Assembly: GCA_050949525.1 (NCBI GenBank)
Contig: JBMNFW010000001.1
Coordinates: forward strand, 143,890 to 207,889
From: Patescibacteria group bacterium
GTDB lineage: Bacteria; Patescibacteriota; Patescibacteriia; Patescibacteriales; UBA12465
Reading direction: 5' to 3'
Length of the DNA stretch: 64,000 nucleotides
The position numbers and the translations under genes were made by a program. Under the pieces are notes generated by a model. That model made no database searches. It saw only the letters and a list, made by a program, of their open reading frames with translations, and had not been told where the DNA came from. Of the stretch, positions 26,956 to 41,400 are shown one piece after another (the first letter of the stretch is position 1; the number at the start of each line of letters is the position of its first letter).

Positions 26956-27009
26956 AGCGGCTTCAAGCTTTATAAGCTTTTTTTCGGGGCCGCTTTTCAG
27001 CGGTTTTTT
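26956..27009 (+). promoter_or_regulatory. terminator/antiterminator-like element in the rRNA leader
   Basis: AGCGGC (26956-26961) can pair with GCCGCT (26989-26994). GCCGCT can alternatively pair with AGCGGT (26999-27004), which is followed by T6. The first pairing encloses the hairpin AAGCTT-TAT-AAGCTT (26965-26979), itself followed by T7. Confidence 0.4.
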
Positions 27010-27167
27010 CTTTTTAAAATTTAAATATTAAAAATTCAGTCATCATTGAGGTGGTGCCTGAAAATTGATATTTAAATCAAGGGAACTTTAAAAATTAAAA
27101 AATACTTTATTGTTAGTTTAGCAATTTCAACAATGAAGTATAGAACCAAAAATTTTTGAATTTATTT

Positions 27168-27189
27168 AAAATCAAAAATGTGAGAAAAT

Positions 27190-27190
<1 letters not shown>
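27168..27190 (+). other. 5' arm of the 23S processing stem
   Basis: AAAATCAAAAATGTGAGAAAATC is complementary to 30188-30210 (22 Watson-Crick pairs plus one G.U). Confidence 0.8.
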
Positions 27191-30187
<2,997 letters not shown>

Positions 30188-30192
<5 letters not shown>

Positions 30193-30210
30193 TCTCACAT
30201 TTTTGGTTTT
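30188..30210 (+). other. 3' arm of the 23S processing stem
   Basis: GATTTTCTCACATTTTTGGTTTT pairs with 27168-27190. Confidence 0.8.
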
Positions 30211-30230
30211 AATAAATATTAGATTATATA

Positions 30231-30348
<118 letters not shown>

Positions 30349-30396
30349 ATGTAATTTAATATAATTACAGAGTTCTTTATATAATTTTTTTGGTGA

Positions 30397-30423
30397 GATT
30401 TTGATGCTAACAGGCATCAATTC
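30397..30423 (+). other. 5' arm of the 16S processing stem
   Basis: GATTTTGATGCTAACAGGCATCAATTC is complementary to 32151-32177, with one mismatch in 27. Confidence 0.8.
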
Positions 30424-30493
30424 GGACTTGTTTTTAAAACAAGTAAAAATAATGCAAAATTTTTATCTTGAGTAATCAAGATTCTCAATATTT

Positions 30494-32057
<1,564 letters not shown>

Positions 32058-32150
32058 AGGGAGTTTAGGTTTTAGGTTATTAATTTAAAACCTAGGTCGA
32101 CTCTTTTACTTTGTAAAAGAGAGTCTATTAGAAATAATAGATAAAAAACA

Positions 32151-32177
32151 GAATTGATGCCTGTTAGCTTCAAAATC
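32151..32177 (+). other. 3' arm of the 16S processing stem
   Basis: GAATTGATGCCTGTTAGCTTCAAAATC pairs with 30397-30423. Confidence 0.8.
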
Positions 32178-32191
32178 ACAAAAAAACAAAA

Positions 32192-32222
32192 AAGAATACT
32201 TAATTTAGGTATTCTTTTTTGT
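32192..32222 (+). terminator. rho-independent terminator after 16S (end of the rRNA operon)
   Basis: AAGAATAC (32192-32199), 9-nt loop, GTATTCTT (32209-32216), then TTTTTTGTTTT. Confidence 0.7.
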
Positions 32223-32254
32223 TTTAATTAAGCCTTTAAAAACTTTTAAATATT

Positions 32255-32263
32255 TGTTATAAT
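32255..32263 (+). promoter_or_regulatory. extended -10 (TGtTATAAT) upstream of the PLD-like gene
   Basis: TG at 32255-32256 and TATAAT at 32258-32263, 13 nt before the ATG. Confidence 0.4.
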
Positions 32264-32275
32264 ACTATTTAGCTT

Positions 32276-33304
32276 ATGAAATATAAATTATACTCTAAAT
32301 CTAAAAAAGCGTGGCAAGCCATGCTAGAGGAGATTCGATTGGCTCAAAAATCAGTTTTTATTGAGATGTATATTTTTTCAAATGATTCTTCTGAGTTTAT
32401 TGAGTTATTAAAAGAAAAGGCTCAAGCTGGATTAAGAGTAGTTTTAATAGCTGATTTTTTTGGTAGTTCTTCTTTAAGAAGATCAACTATTAAGGGTTTG
32501 AGAGATAGTGGAGTTGAATTTTTATTTTTTAGAAAATGGCTTCGTAATACTCATCGTAAAGTTTTGATTTTAGATGAAAGAGTAGTTTTTTTAGGTGGAG
32601 TTAATATTTCGCGTAAGAGTAAGGATTGGGTCGATTTACAGGTTAAAATAGTGGGACCAAGGCTAGCTAAAAATGTTTTAAAATCTTTTGCCCGCAGTTA
32701 TTATTTAAGCGGCGGAAAGGATGAGGATTTGCTTGCTTTAAAAAGGAAGAATATTTTTAAAACAATAAAGGCTCAGTTTTTAGATCATTGGCCTAATCAT
32801 AAAATTTTTACTTTACAAGCTTATTACAAAAGAAAAATAATTTTATCTCAGACTAGTATTTTAATTGTTACGCCTTATTTTACTCCACCTAAATGGTTAA
32901 TGTTTTTAATTGAGGATGCTATTGAGCGAGGGGTGGAGGTGGAGATAATAATTCCTCGGAAGTCTGATCATAAGATTTTAGATAAAATAAATCGAGCTTT
33001 TGTTAAGCGTTACTCTTATTTACCAATTAAATTTTATGCTCATAATAAAATGAATCATGCTAAGATTTTAGTTGTGGATGGTCAAGAAACCTTAATTGGT
33101 TCTCAAAATTTGGATTTTTTATCTTTTAATCGTAATCTGGAGTCTGGAGTGTTTATTAAGGATAAAAAATTATTAGCTGAATTAGATGAAATTATTTCGG
33201 CTTGGAAAAGAGATTCTTCAGATTTTGAGATTAATCATAAGAATTTAAATTTTATTGAACGAATATTTATTGGTTTAATTAGAATATTTTATTCTATTTT
33301 ATAA
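32276..33304 (+). CDS. phospholipase D superfamily protein with two HKD motifs (cardiolipin-synthase-like)
   Basis: 342 aa. The HxK(x)4D motif appears twice: [19 protein letters not shown] and [20 protein letters not shown]. No TM helix. Confidence 0.8.
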   Translation: MKYKLYSKSKKAWQAMLEEIRLAQKSVFIEMYIFSNDSSEFIELLKEKAQAGLRVVLIADFFGSSSLRRSTIKGLRDSGVEFLFFRKWLRNTHRKVLILDERVVFLGGVNISRKSKDWVDLQVKIVGPRLAKNVLKSFARSYYLSGGKDEDLLALKRKNIFKTIKAQFLDHWPNHKIFTLQAYYKRKIILSQTSILIVTPYFTPPKWLMFLIEDAIERGVEVEIIIPRKSDHKILDKINRAFVKRYSYLPIKFYAHNKMNHAKILVVDGQETLIGSQNLDFLSFNRNLESGVFIKDKKLLAELDEIISAWKRDSSDFEINHKNLNFIERIFIGLIRIFYSIL

Positions 33305-33311
33305 TAAAAAA

Positions 33312-35762
33312 ATGTTAAAGTTAATAAAAATAAAGGGAGCTCGGGTTAATAATTTAAAAAATATTGATTTAGAGATTCCGCATAATAAATTTATTGTTGT
33401 AACTGGGTTATCAGGATCGGGTAAGTCTTCCTTAGTTTTTGATTTAATTTATGCTGAAAGTCAGAGACGTTATGTTGAGTCTTTATCTTCTTATGCTCGC
33501 CAATTTGTTGGATTAATGGATAAGCCGGAGGTTGATTTAATTGAGGGATTAATTCCTGCTATTTCCATTGATCAAAGATCAGCTAGTCATAATCCTCGTT
33601 CTACAGTTGGAACTATAACTGAAATTTATGATTATTTTCGATTATTGTTTTCTAAGCTTGGACAAGCTCATTGTCCTCATTGTGGTAAAAAACTTTCTCG
33701 CACTAAAGTTAAGGATTCTAAGAATAGTTATAAATTAAGTTGTTCTTTGGGGCACTATGAAAGACCTGATTTTAAGCCAATAGACTTTTCTTTTAATTCT
33801 AGCCAAGGAGCTTGTCCAGAGTGTAGTGGTCTCGGGATTAAGATGGAGATTGATAGTAATTTGGTTTTAAATTTAAATCTAAATGTTGCTCAGGGAGCTG
33901 TTAAGCCTTGGTTGCATTATAATTTTGAGAATCAAAATAATTTGATTAAAGAAGTGGAGAATTTAGCTTCAAGACATGGTTTTGATATTTCCTTACCTTT
34001 AAAAAGAATGAGTTCAGCTCAAGTTAATTTAATTTTAAATGGTGATCAACTTTTTGCTGGGGTTCTTCCGGGTTTACGTGATAAATACCAAGAAACTGAT
34101 TCTAATTATATTAGACAGAAAATTTCACAGTATATGAAAGAGGTTAAATGTCCAGTTTGTCAGGGGCGACGTCTTACTAAGGAGATTTTAGATGTTAAGT
34201 TTCAGGATTTAAATATACATGATTTATCTTTAAAAAATATTGAAGATTTAAAGAATTTTTTTAAAAAAGATTCTAAATCCTTTAAATTAAATGCTACTCA
34301 AAATTTAGTTTTTAAATTTCTTAGTCAAGAAATTGTGTCCAGATCTGATAATATTTTACGGGTTGGTCTTCCATATTTATCTATTAATCGTAGTGCTACC
34401 ACTTTATCGGGAGGAGAGTCACAACGATTAAGATTAGCTCATCAGATCAGCTCTAATTTAGTTGGTTTACTTTACGTTTTGGATGAACCTTCCATTGGTC
34501 TTCATCCTCGAGATAATGAAAATTTGATTAAAACTTTAAAAAACTTAAATCAAAAAGGTAATACTGTTATGGTTATTGAGCATGATGCTAGTATGATGTT
34601 AGCTTCGGATTATATTTTAGATATTGGACCTTTAGCCGGTGAGCAAGGAGGGGAAGTAGTTTTTTCTGGAACCTTAGAAGATTTTAAAAAACAAAACAAA
34701 TCCTTAACTGCTAAGTATCTTTTTAATCAAGAGACTATACCTTTACCTGAAAAATATCGTCCTTCTAGTGGCAAGTTTTTAAAGATTATTGGTGCTCAAG
34801 AGAATAATTTAAAAAATATTGATGTTCATATTCCTTTAGAGAATTTAGTAGTTATTAGTGGAGTTTCCGGTTCTGGTAAATCTACTTTAATGATTGATAT
34901 TCTAGCTAAGGCTTTAAATCAAAAGTTTTATCGTAGTAAGGAATTACCCGGAAAACATAAGGCGATATTAGGTTTAGAGCATATTGATAAAATAATTGAC
35001 ATTGATCAATCTCCAATCGGTCGAACACCCCGATCTAATCCTGCTACTTATACCGGACTATTTACACATATTAGAGATTTTTTTGCTTCTTTGAGTGAAG
35101 CAAAAAAACGATCATTAAAAGCCCGTCATTTTTCTTTTAATCTTAAGGGCGGTCGTTGTGAAAAGTGTCAAGGAGATGGTCTTTTGAAAGTTGAGATGCA
35201 ATTTTTGCCTGATGTATATGTTAAATGTGATCAGTGTCAGGGACAAAGATATATTCCGGAAGTTTTGGCAGTTAGGTATAAGGGGAAGAGTATTTTTGAT
35301 GTTTTGGAGATGACTATTTCTGAAGCTTTAAAGTTTTTTTCTAGTGAGAAGATTATAAAGAGTAAGTTGGAAATTTTAAATAATATTGGTTTATCATATG
35401 TTAAATTAGGTCAAAGTGCTACTACTTTATCAGGTGGAGAGTCACAGCGAATCAAATTAGCTTATGAATTATCTCGTCCGGCTACTGGAAAAACTTTGTA
35501 TATATTAGATGAACCCACAACTGGATTACATTTTGAAGATGTTAAAAATTTATTAAAAGTTTTACAAGGTTTGGTTGATAAAGGAAATACGGTTTTAGTA
35601 ATTGAACATAATTTAGATATTATTAAATCAGCTGATTGGATAATTGACTTAGGTCCTGAAGGCGGTGATGCCGGAGGTGAGGTGGTAGCCTGTGGAAGTC
35701 CTCGTGATGTTATTAAGGTTAAAAAAAGTTATACTGGTCGATATTTAAAAAAGATAATATAA
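33312..35762 (+). CDS. uvrA: UvrA-family ABC ATPase lacking the UvrB-binding domain
   Basis: 816 aa. Two ABC modules ([29 protein letters not shown]; [29 protein letters not shown]) and zinc modules. Only about 40 residues lie between CPHCG (C121) and [12 protein letters not shown] (C168). Canonical UvrA has a domain of about 115 residues there. Confidence 0.88.
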   Translation: MLKLIKIKGARVNNLKNIDLEIPHNKFIVVTGLSGSGKSSLVFDLIYAESQRRYVESLSSYARQFVGLMDKPEVDLIEGLIPAISIDQRSASHNPRSTVGTITEIYDYFRLLFSKLGQAHCPHCGKKLSRTKVKDSKNSYKLSCSLGHYERPDFKPIDFSFNSSQGACPECSGLGIKMEIDSNLVLNLNLNVAQGAVKPWLHYNFENQNNLIKEVENLASRHGFDISLPLKRMSSAQVNLILNGDQLFAGVLPGLRDKYQETDSNYIRQKISQYMKEVKCPVCQGRRLTKEILDVKFQDLNIHDLSLKNIEDLKNFFKKDSKSFKLNATQNLVFKFLSQEIVSRSDNILRVGLPYLSINRSATTLSGGESQRLRLAHQISSNLVGLLYVLDEPSIGLHPRDNENLIKTLKNLNQKGNTVMVIEHDASMMLASDYILDIGPLAGEQGGEVVFSGTLEDFKKQNKSLTAKYLFNQETIPLPEKYRPSSGKFLKIIGAQENNLKNIDVHIPLENLVVISGVSGSGKSTLMIDILAKALNQKFYRSKELPGKHKAILGLEHIDKIIDIDQSPIGRTPRSNPATYTGLFTHIRDFFASLSEAKKRSLKARHFSFNLKGGRCEKCQGDGLLKVEMQFLPDVYVKCDQCQGQRYIPEVLAVRYKGKSIFDVLEMTISEALKFFSSEKIIKSKLEILNNIGLSYVKLGQSATTLSGGESQRIKLAYELSRPATGKTLYILDEPTTGLHFEDVKNLLKVLQGLVDKGNTVLVIEHNLDIIKSADWIIDLGPEGGDAGGEVVACGSPRDVIKVKKSYTGRYLKKII

Positions 35763-35766
35763 TTTT

Positions 35767-36585
35767 ATGTCTTTATTTTTTAAGAAAAAAAATAGAAAGA
35801 AAATTGGGTTGGCTCTGGGAAGTGGTGGCTTTCGAGGTGCGGCTCATGTTTCTATTATTAAAGCTTTAGTGGATAATAATATTCCCATTGACTTTATTGC
35901 TGGTAGTAGTATTGGGGCTTTGATCGGAGCCCATTATGCTATTTTTAAAGATGTTGATCGAATAGTTGATGATATTTTTAAAGAACAAGATAAAAAATAT
36001 CGTTATTTAAAGGATTTATCTCTTAAGAACGGCATTTTGAGTGGCAAAGCTTTTGAGCGAGCTTTTTTAAAAATGTTTAAAGGAGCTGAATTTAAAAATA
36101 CTCAAATTCCTCTAAGAGTAACTGCGACTGATTTAATTTCAGGTCAAGCTTATATTTTTAAAAAGGGAGATATTGCTCAGGCGGTGCGAGCTAGTATTTC
36201 AGTTCCTTTAGCTTTTAAACCTTTGAAATATGAAGATATGTTATTGATTGATGGTGGAGTTTCTAAACCGGTTCCGGATGATATTGTTAAAGAGATGGGG
36301 GCTGATATAGTTATATCGGTTAATTTATATGATAATTCTACGATGATAACTAAAAATCCTAGCACTTCTAGGATTTTGAATCGAGTGATTGAAATTGTTT
36401 TACAAGATTCGTTTAAAGCTAATACTAAAAATTCTGATATTATTATTAGTCCGGATGTTTCTAAGTATGCTGAAACATCTATTTTAAAGGCTTATTCCAA
36501 TCAAAAAGTTTTCTTAGAGATGATGAAGGAAGGGGAAAAGGAGGTAAAGAAAGTATTACCTAAAATAAAGAAATTAATTGCTTAA
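35767..36585 (+). CDS. patatin-like phospholipase
   Basis: 272 aa. Oxyanion GSGGFRG, nucleophile elbow GSSIG, catalytic DGG (LLIDGGVSKPVP). Confidence 0.88.
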   Translation: MSLFFKKKNRKKIGLALGSGGFRGAAHVSIIKALVDNNIPIDFIAGSSIGALIGAHYAIFKDVDRIVDDIFKEQDKKYRYLKDLSLKNGILSGKAFERAFLKMFKGAEFKNTQIPLRVTATDLISGQAYIFKKGDIAQAVRASISVPLAFKPLKYEDMLLIDGGVSKPVPDDIVKEMGADIVISVNLYDNSTMITKNPSTSRILNRVIEIVLQDSFKANTKNSDIIISPDVSKYAETSILKAYSNQKVFLEMMKEGEKEVKKVLPKIKKLIA

Positions 36586-37352
36586 ATTTTTAATTTTTTT
36601 ATTATTTGTAAAAGCTTAGAATGAATTTTAGGATTACTAGCTAAAATATCTGGACTATCAATAGTCCAATTTTTTCCTTTAAAATCAGTAACTTTTCCAC
36701 CAGCTTCTTTTACTATTAAGGCTCCAGCTGCTACATCCCAAGGATGAGCTCCTGGAATCATTAAAGAGTCAACTCGTCCTAGGGCGGTATAGGCCAACTC
36801 GATAGTAGCACTACCTAATTGACGACAGTCCAAGCTATTGATTTTTTGATAATTATAATATTTTAGTGCTCTTTTTTTGTCTTTTATTTTGCTACCGTGA
36901 CAAAAAGTGTTAATTATTTTTTCTCCTGTATAAGAAGGGGTTTTTATTTTTTTCCCATTTAAGAAGGCCCCTTTATTTTTTTCAGCTAGATATAATTCAT
37001 TTAGAATGGGGGCTAGGATAATACCTAAAATAATTTCGTTCTTATATACCAGAGATAATGATATTGACCAAAGAGGATTATGAATTGAAAAGTTGGTAGT
37101 TCCATCAATAGGGTCAATAATCCAGAGATAATCTGAATTTTTTTTATTATCACCTTTTTCTTCTGATAATATTCGATGTTCGGGAAAATGTTGTTTTATT
37201 TTTTGGATGATGATTTTTTCTGAATCAAGATCGTGTTTAGTTACAATTTGATTCTTATCTTTTAAATTTATTTTAGTCCGTGAGAATTTATAATATTCTT
37301 TTTTTAATGTTTCTGCTGCCAGAGAAACAGCTTCTAGAGCAATTTTTTTCAT
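36582..37352 (-). CDS. inositol monophosphatase family protein (SuhB-like)
   Basis: 256 aa. Motifs WIIDPIDGTTNF and WDVAAG. Confidence 0.88.
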   Translation of the reverse strand: MKKIALEAVSLAAETLKKEYYKFSRTKINLKDKNQIVTKHDLDSEKIIIQKIKQHFPEHRILSEEKGDNKKNSDYLWIIDPIDGTTNFSIHNPLWSISLSLVYKNEIILGIILAPILNELYLAEKNKGAFLNGKKIKTPSYTGEKIINTFCHGSKIKDKKRALKYYNYQKINSLDCRQLGSATIELAYTALGRVDSLMIPGAHPWDVAAGALIVKEAGGKVTDFKGKNWTIDSPDILASNPKIHSKLLQIIKKLKI

Positions 37353-37363
37353 AAAATTATCTA

Positions 37364-37852
37364 TTAATGAATAAGTTTTAGGTTAGCTTTTCCGTTTTCA
37401 GAATCCCAAATAGCGAAACTCGGGCGATAGAAAAGACCACCTAAGGTTCCCGGATTAATTAGTATAGTTTTATTCTTTTTAGAAATCCAAGGTTTATGAG
37501 TATGGCCATAGAAAATGAAATCAAGATCAGGGTTTTCTTTTAAAAGAGATTTGATAAATATTGGTTCATGACAAACTGCTATTTTAAATTTACCCAGATT
37601 AAAACTTGAGGAGCGACCTAAATTATTGATATGTTTATAATTTTCTAAGTCTGAAAAGTTATAAATATCAGCATTGCCAGAGATTATGAATATTTCTTTA
37701 TTAAAATTTTTTATTAAAGTTTTTAGAGTATCTTGATTACCTAAGTCACCACAAGAAATTATTTTTTCGATTTTTTCTTTGGCTATAGCCTGAAAGAAGC
37801 GATGAAGGTTACTGATATTATCGTGGAGATCAGAGATAATAGCTATTTTCAT
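37364..37852 (-). CDS. YfcE/MJ0936-family metallophosphoesterase
   Basis: 162 aa. Motifs ISDLHDN, CGDLG, SGNAD and YGHTHKP. Confidence 0.85.
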   Translation of the reverse strand: MKIAIISDLHDNISNLHRFFQAIAKEKIEKIISCGDLGNQDTLKTLIKNFNKEIFIISGNADIYNFSDLENYKHINNLGRSSSFNLGKFKIAVCHEPIFIKSLLKENPDLDFIFYGHTHKPWISKKNKTILINPGTLGGLFYRPSFAIWDSENGKANLKLIH

Positions 37853-37855
37853 GGT

Positions 37856-38431
37856 TTAAATATTTTTTAGGCTAATTTCGTAGTCCATTTGCTCGATTTT
37901 TTTTAAATTATTACGAGCTTGATCATATTTAGTTCTGAGAGGTCCAGTAATATCAAAATCAATTAACTCATTCAATATCTCGGTAATTAGTTTTTTTATT
38001 CTTTTAACTTCATTAAAATTTTTTTCAATGCTTTCGTTAATTGCTAGACGAAGTAATTCTCCGGTAAAATCAGATAAGCCTCCGATATATGATTCGATGG
38101 GGAGTTTTTTTATTTCTTTAATTTTTTCAATTTTCCCCTTATGGATATAATTGAAGAATAGTTTAGCTTCCACATACTCTTCTAGGGCCGCCATAAAAGA
38201 GCCTTCTTCTGTTAATCGATAGTAAGTAAATTTTTTAATTAGTTTTTGGATTGATTTTTCATTATCATTTAGGAGTTTTTGTGCTACATCTAGTTCTTGG
38301 CGATGAAGAGCAAAAATAGTTTTCTTGGAATTATTTAATATAATATTAGAAGCACTAATAATTTGCCTTCTTTCGATGGTCTTATTTAAATATTCTTTCT
38401 TTAATGATTTGATAAATGTTTTGTTTAGCAT
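37856..38431 (-). CDS. translin-family protein
   Basis: 191 aa, all-helical. The motif ESYIGGLSDFTGELLRLAINE resembles the translin signature (..Y..G..DLTGEL.R). Its ATG overlaps the upstream ATPase stop by 1 nt (TAATG). Confidence 0.6.
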   Translation of the reverse strand: MLNKTFIKSLKKEYLNKTIERRQIISASNIILNNSKKTIFALHRQELDVAQKLLNDNEKSIQKLIKKFTYYRLTEEGSFMAALEEYVEAKLFFNYIHKGKIEKIKEIKKLPIESYIGGLSDFTGELLRLAINESIEKNFNEVKRIKKLITEILNELIDFDITGPLRTKYDQARNNLKKIEQMDYEISLKNI

Positions 38432-41400
38432 TATTTTGTATTTTTAATAACTTCTTCAATAGTAGTTAGTCCTTGAAGAGCTTTTAAGATGCCATCTTGA
38501 AGCATGGTAATCATTCCATCTTCAATAGCAATATTTTCAATTTCTTGGTCACTTAAATTTTCTTTAAATATCTTTTCTTGGCTAGCTGGACTTAAGGTCA
38601 TAATTTCATAAAGACCTATTCGGCCTCGGTATCCAATATGATTACATTTGTCACAACCTTTACCACGATAGAATTTAAATTCATTAGGGAAAACAAAATT
38701 TTTGTTTTTTATTTTTCCTAATATTTCTTTTATTTCATTTAAGACTTCCGGTGATAAAATGACTTCTTCTTTTTGACAATCAGGACAGATTTTTCTAACC
38801 AATCTTTGACCAATGGAGCATTCTAAAGCATTGGCTAACATTGATTTTTCAACTCCCAAGCCCATGAAGCGAGAGACAGCGCTAGCAGCGCTATTAGCAT
38901 GGATAGTTGATAATACTAAATGTCCTGTTAGAGAAGCTTCGATTGCTGTTTTGGCTGTTTCTTGATCACGAATTTCACCTAACATCATAACATTAGGGTT
39001 TTGTCTTAATAATGATTTCATAGCTACGGCAAAAGTATAGCCTTCAGCCGGATTAACTTGAGTTTGAATAATGCCTTCCATTTGATATTCAATTGGGTCT
39101 TCAATGGTAATAATTTTTACATCCGGAGTATTTAGTTGTTTTATAATACTATAAAGAGTGGTGGTTTTACCACTACCAGTTGGACCAGTGGTTATAATTA
39201 TACCTTTAGTTTTTTGAATAGAGTTCTGTAGTATCGGAAGAGAATATTGAGATAATCCTAGTTTGTCTAAATTTAATTCTCCTTCACTACCAGTCAAGAG
39301 CCTTAAGACCGCTGTTTCACCAAAACCACCAGAAATGATTGAGACTCGACAATCAATTTTTTTATTTTCTAGAGAGATAGCAAAGCGTCCATCTAAAGTA
39401 GCTCGCTTTATATTAGTGGTAAATCCAGCTAAAATTTTAATCTCAGCTAATAATGGTAGAAAAATATCTTTTGATAGTTCAAACATATCGTGTAATATTC
39501 CATCTATTCTAAATCTAATTTTAACATTTTCGGCTGTGGGTTCGATATGTAAGTCTCCAGCCTTAGATTCAATAGCTAATGATAAAAGTAATACTATAAT
39601 TTCATTAGTTGGTATTTCTTTAATAGTCTTAGCCACTAAAATCTTATCATTTATCATACTTCGAGCTTTGTCTAATTCTTTAACTCCTATTTCTATACCC
39701 TGGCTAATGGTTTGAGATATAGCTACTTTGTACAATTCTTCAACATAATCAAAATTTCCAATAACTCGATAAACCTCTTCTAGACTAGTTTGATGTTCTA
39801 AAACTTTTAGAACTCCGTCTTGTAACATAGTGACCATACCATTTTCAATGGCCTGTTGCATGATTTTAAAAGAAGGGGCATTGTCCATGGTTAATTCTTT
39901 TAACTTTTCATCCATGGTAAATATTTCATAAATACCCAAACGTCCTTTATATCCAATACCAGAACATTTTTCACAACCAGGTCCGGCTTTGTAGATAGTG
40001 GGTAGAATGGTTGGAACTTTGATATTAGCTTTTGGTGAAATAACAGCCAATATTTTTTTTAATAATAGTTCTTCATCTTCTTTTAAGTAGTGAACTTCCC
40101 GACAATGGGGGCATAATTTTCTTAATAATCGTTGTCCAATAACTGCATTAATAGCTGGAACAAGGAAATAGGGTTTAATACCCATATCAATTAAGCGGGG
40201 GAGAACACCTGAAGCGTCATTAGTGTGTAGAGTTGATAGAACTAAATGACCAGTTAAACTAGCCTGAACACTAATTTCAGCTGTTTCGAGGTCACGGATT
40301 TCTCCCACCATTACAATATCAGGATCTTGTCTTAGTATTGATCTTAAACCAGAAGCAAAGGTATAGCCTCTTTTAGGTTCAACTTGACTTTGACTAATAC
40401 CTTCTAATTGATATTCAATCGGATCCTCTAAGGTGATTATTTTAGTACCAGGTTGATTAAGTCGATTTAAAATCGCATAAAGAGTGGTGGTTTTACCACT
40501 ACCAGTTGGACCAGTGGTTAAAACTAAACCATTGGGTTTACTAATTTCTTTTTTTAGGATTTGATAAGCTTCAGGTCTTAAACCTAAATCATCAAAAGAG
40601 AGGCCAATTGAGCTGGACTTCAGAAGTCTCATTACGACACTCTCTCCAAAGGCGGTTGGTAAAAAAGAGGATCGAACATCAACTCTTTCATTGGAAAGAA
40701 AAATTGAGTAACGTCCATCTTGAGGCTTGTCCTCAATATTTATTTTTACTCCGGCTAATATTTTCATGCGAGAAATTATTTTTCTCCATTTATTTTTTTC
40801 GATAGTAGCTGCTTCTTGAAGAACACCGTCAATTCGAAGTCGAACAATTATACCTCTTTCTTCAGCCTCAATATGAATATCACTGGCTCCGGTTTTTAAG
40901 GCGGTAGCCAAAATTAAAGTTACTACATCGGTAACATTAACTTCATTGATTGTGTGATTCAAGCTTTTATAATCAGTAATAATTTCTTTAAATCTTTCTA
41001 AGTCTTCCGGACTAATTTCTACTCCCTTAATAATTTTTTTGAATTTAGGAATTAGATCATAAACTGATAAAGCATGTTTAAGACTAATAGGGGAGATTAA
41101 ATAAAGACTACTTTTGGTAAAGTATTCTTTATTTATTTCATCAATTATTTTATTTACTTGAGGATTATTGGGATTAGTGGTAGCAAAGCGGATATTTTCT
41201 CCATCGTAATAAAAGCAGACTAATTTATTTAAATTAGCTTCTTCTTCAGCGATTAAAACAAGGGCTTCATGACTAATGGGAAAACCAAAAAGATTAACAT
41301 AAGGAAGTCCAAGAGATTGAGCTTGGGCTTGAGTTTTTCTTTCGATTTCCTTATTTTTTATTTCCTCTTGTTTGGCCGCTAGTTTGTAGGCGGCACTATC

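Noticed and set aside
26922-26957. 11-codon mini-ORF (MFIKFLLLNKN) in the rRNA leader as a possible leader peptide
   Set aside because: No ribosome-binding signal and no regulatory-codon logic. In AT-rich sequence a short ATG...TAG frame is expected by chance.
27100-27135. boxA-like antitermination sequence (GCAATTTCAACAA) upstream of 23S
   Set aside because: It is only a loose resemblance to the boxA consensus GCTCTTTAACAA and needs an indel to align. Not enough to call.
30350-30396. Internal promoter for 16S (TATAAT strings at 30360 and 30380)
   Set aside because: Neither has a credible -35 box or a TG extension at the right spacing. I cannot exclude one without transcript data, so co-transcription is stated as inference.
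39263-39715. 150-aa plus-strand ORF, plus 40608-40805, 41608-41841 and 41932-42459
   Set aside because: All are antisense to the double ATPase or the membrane protein gene and have low-complexity reverse-frame composition.
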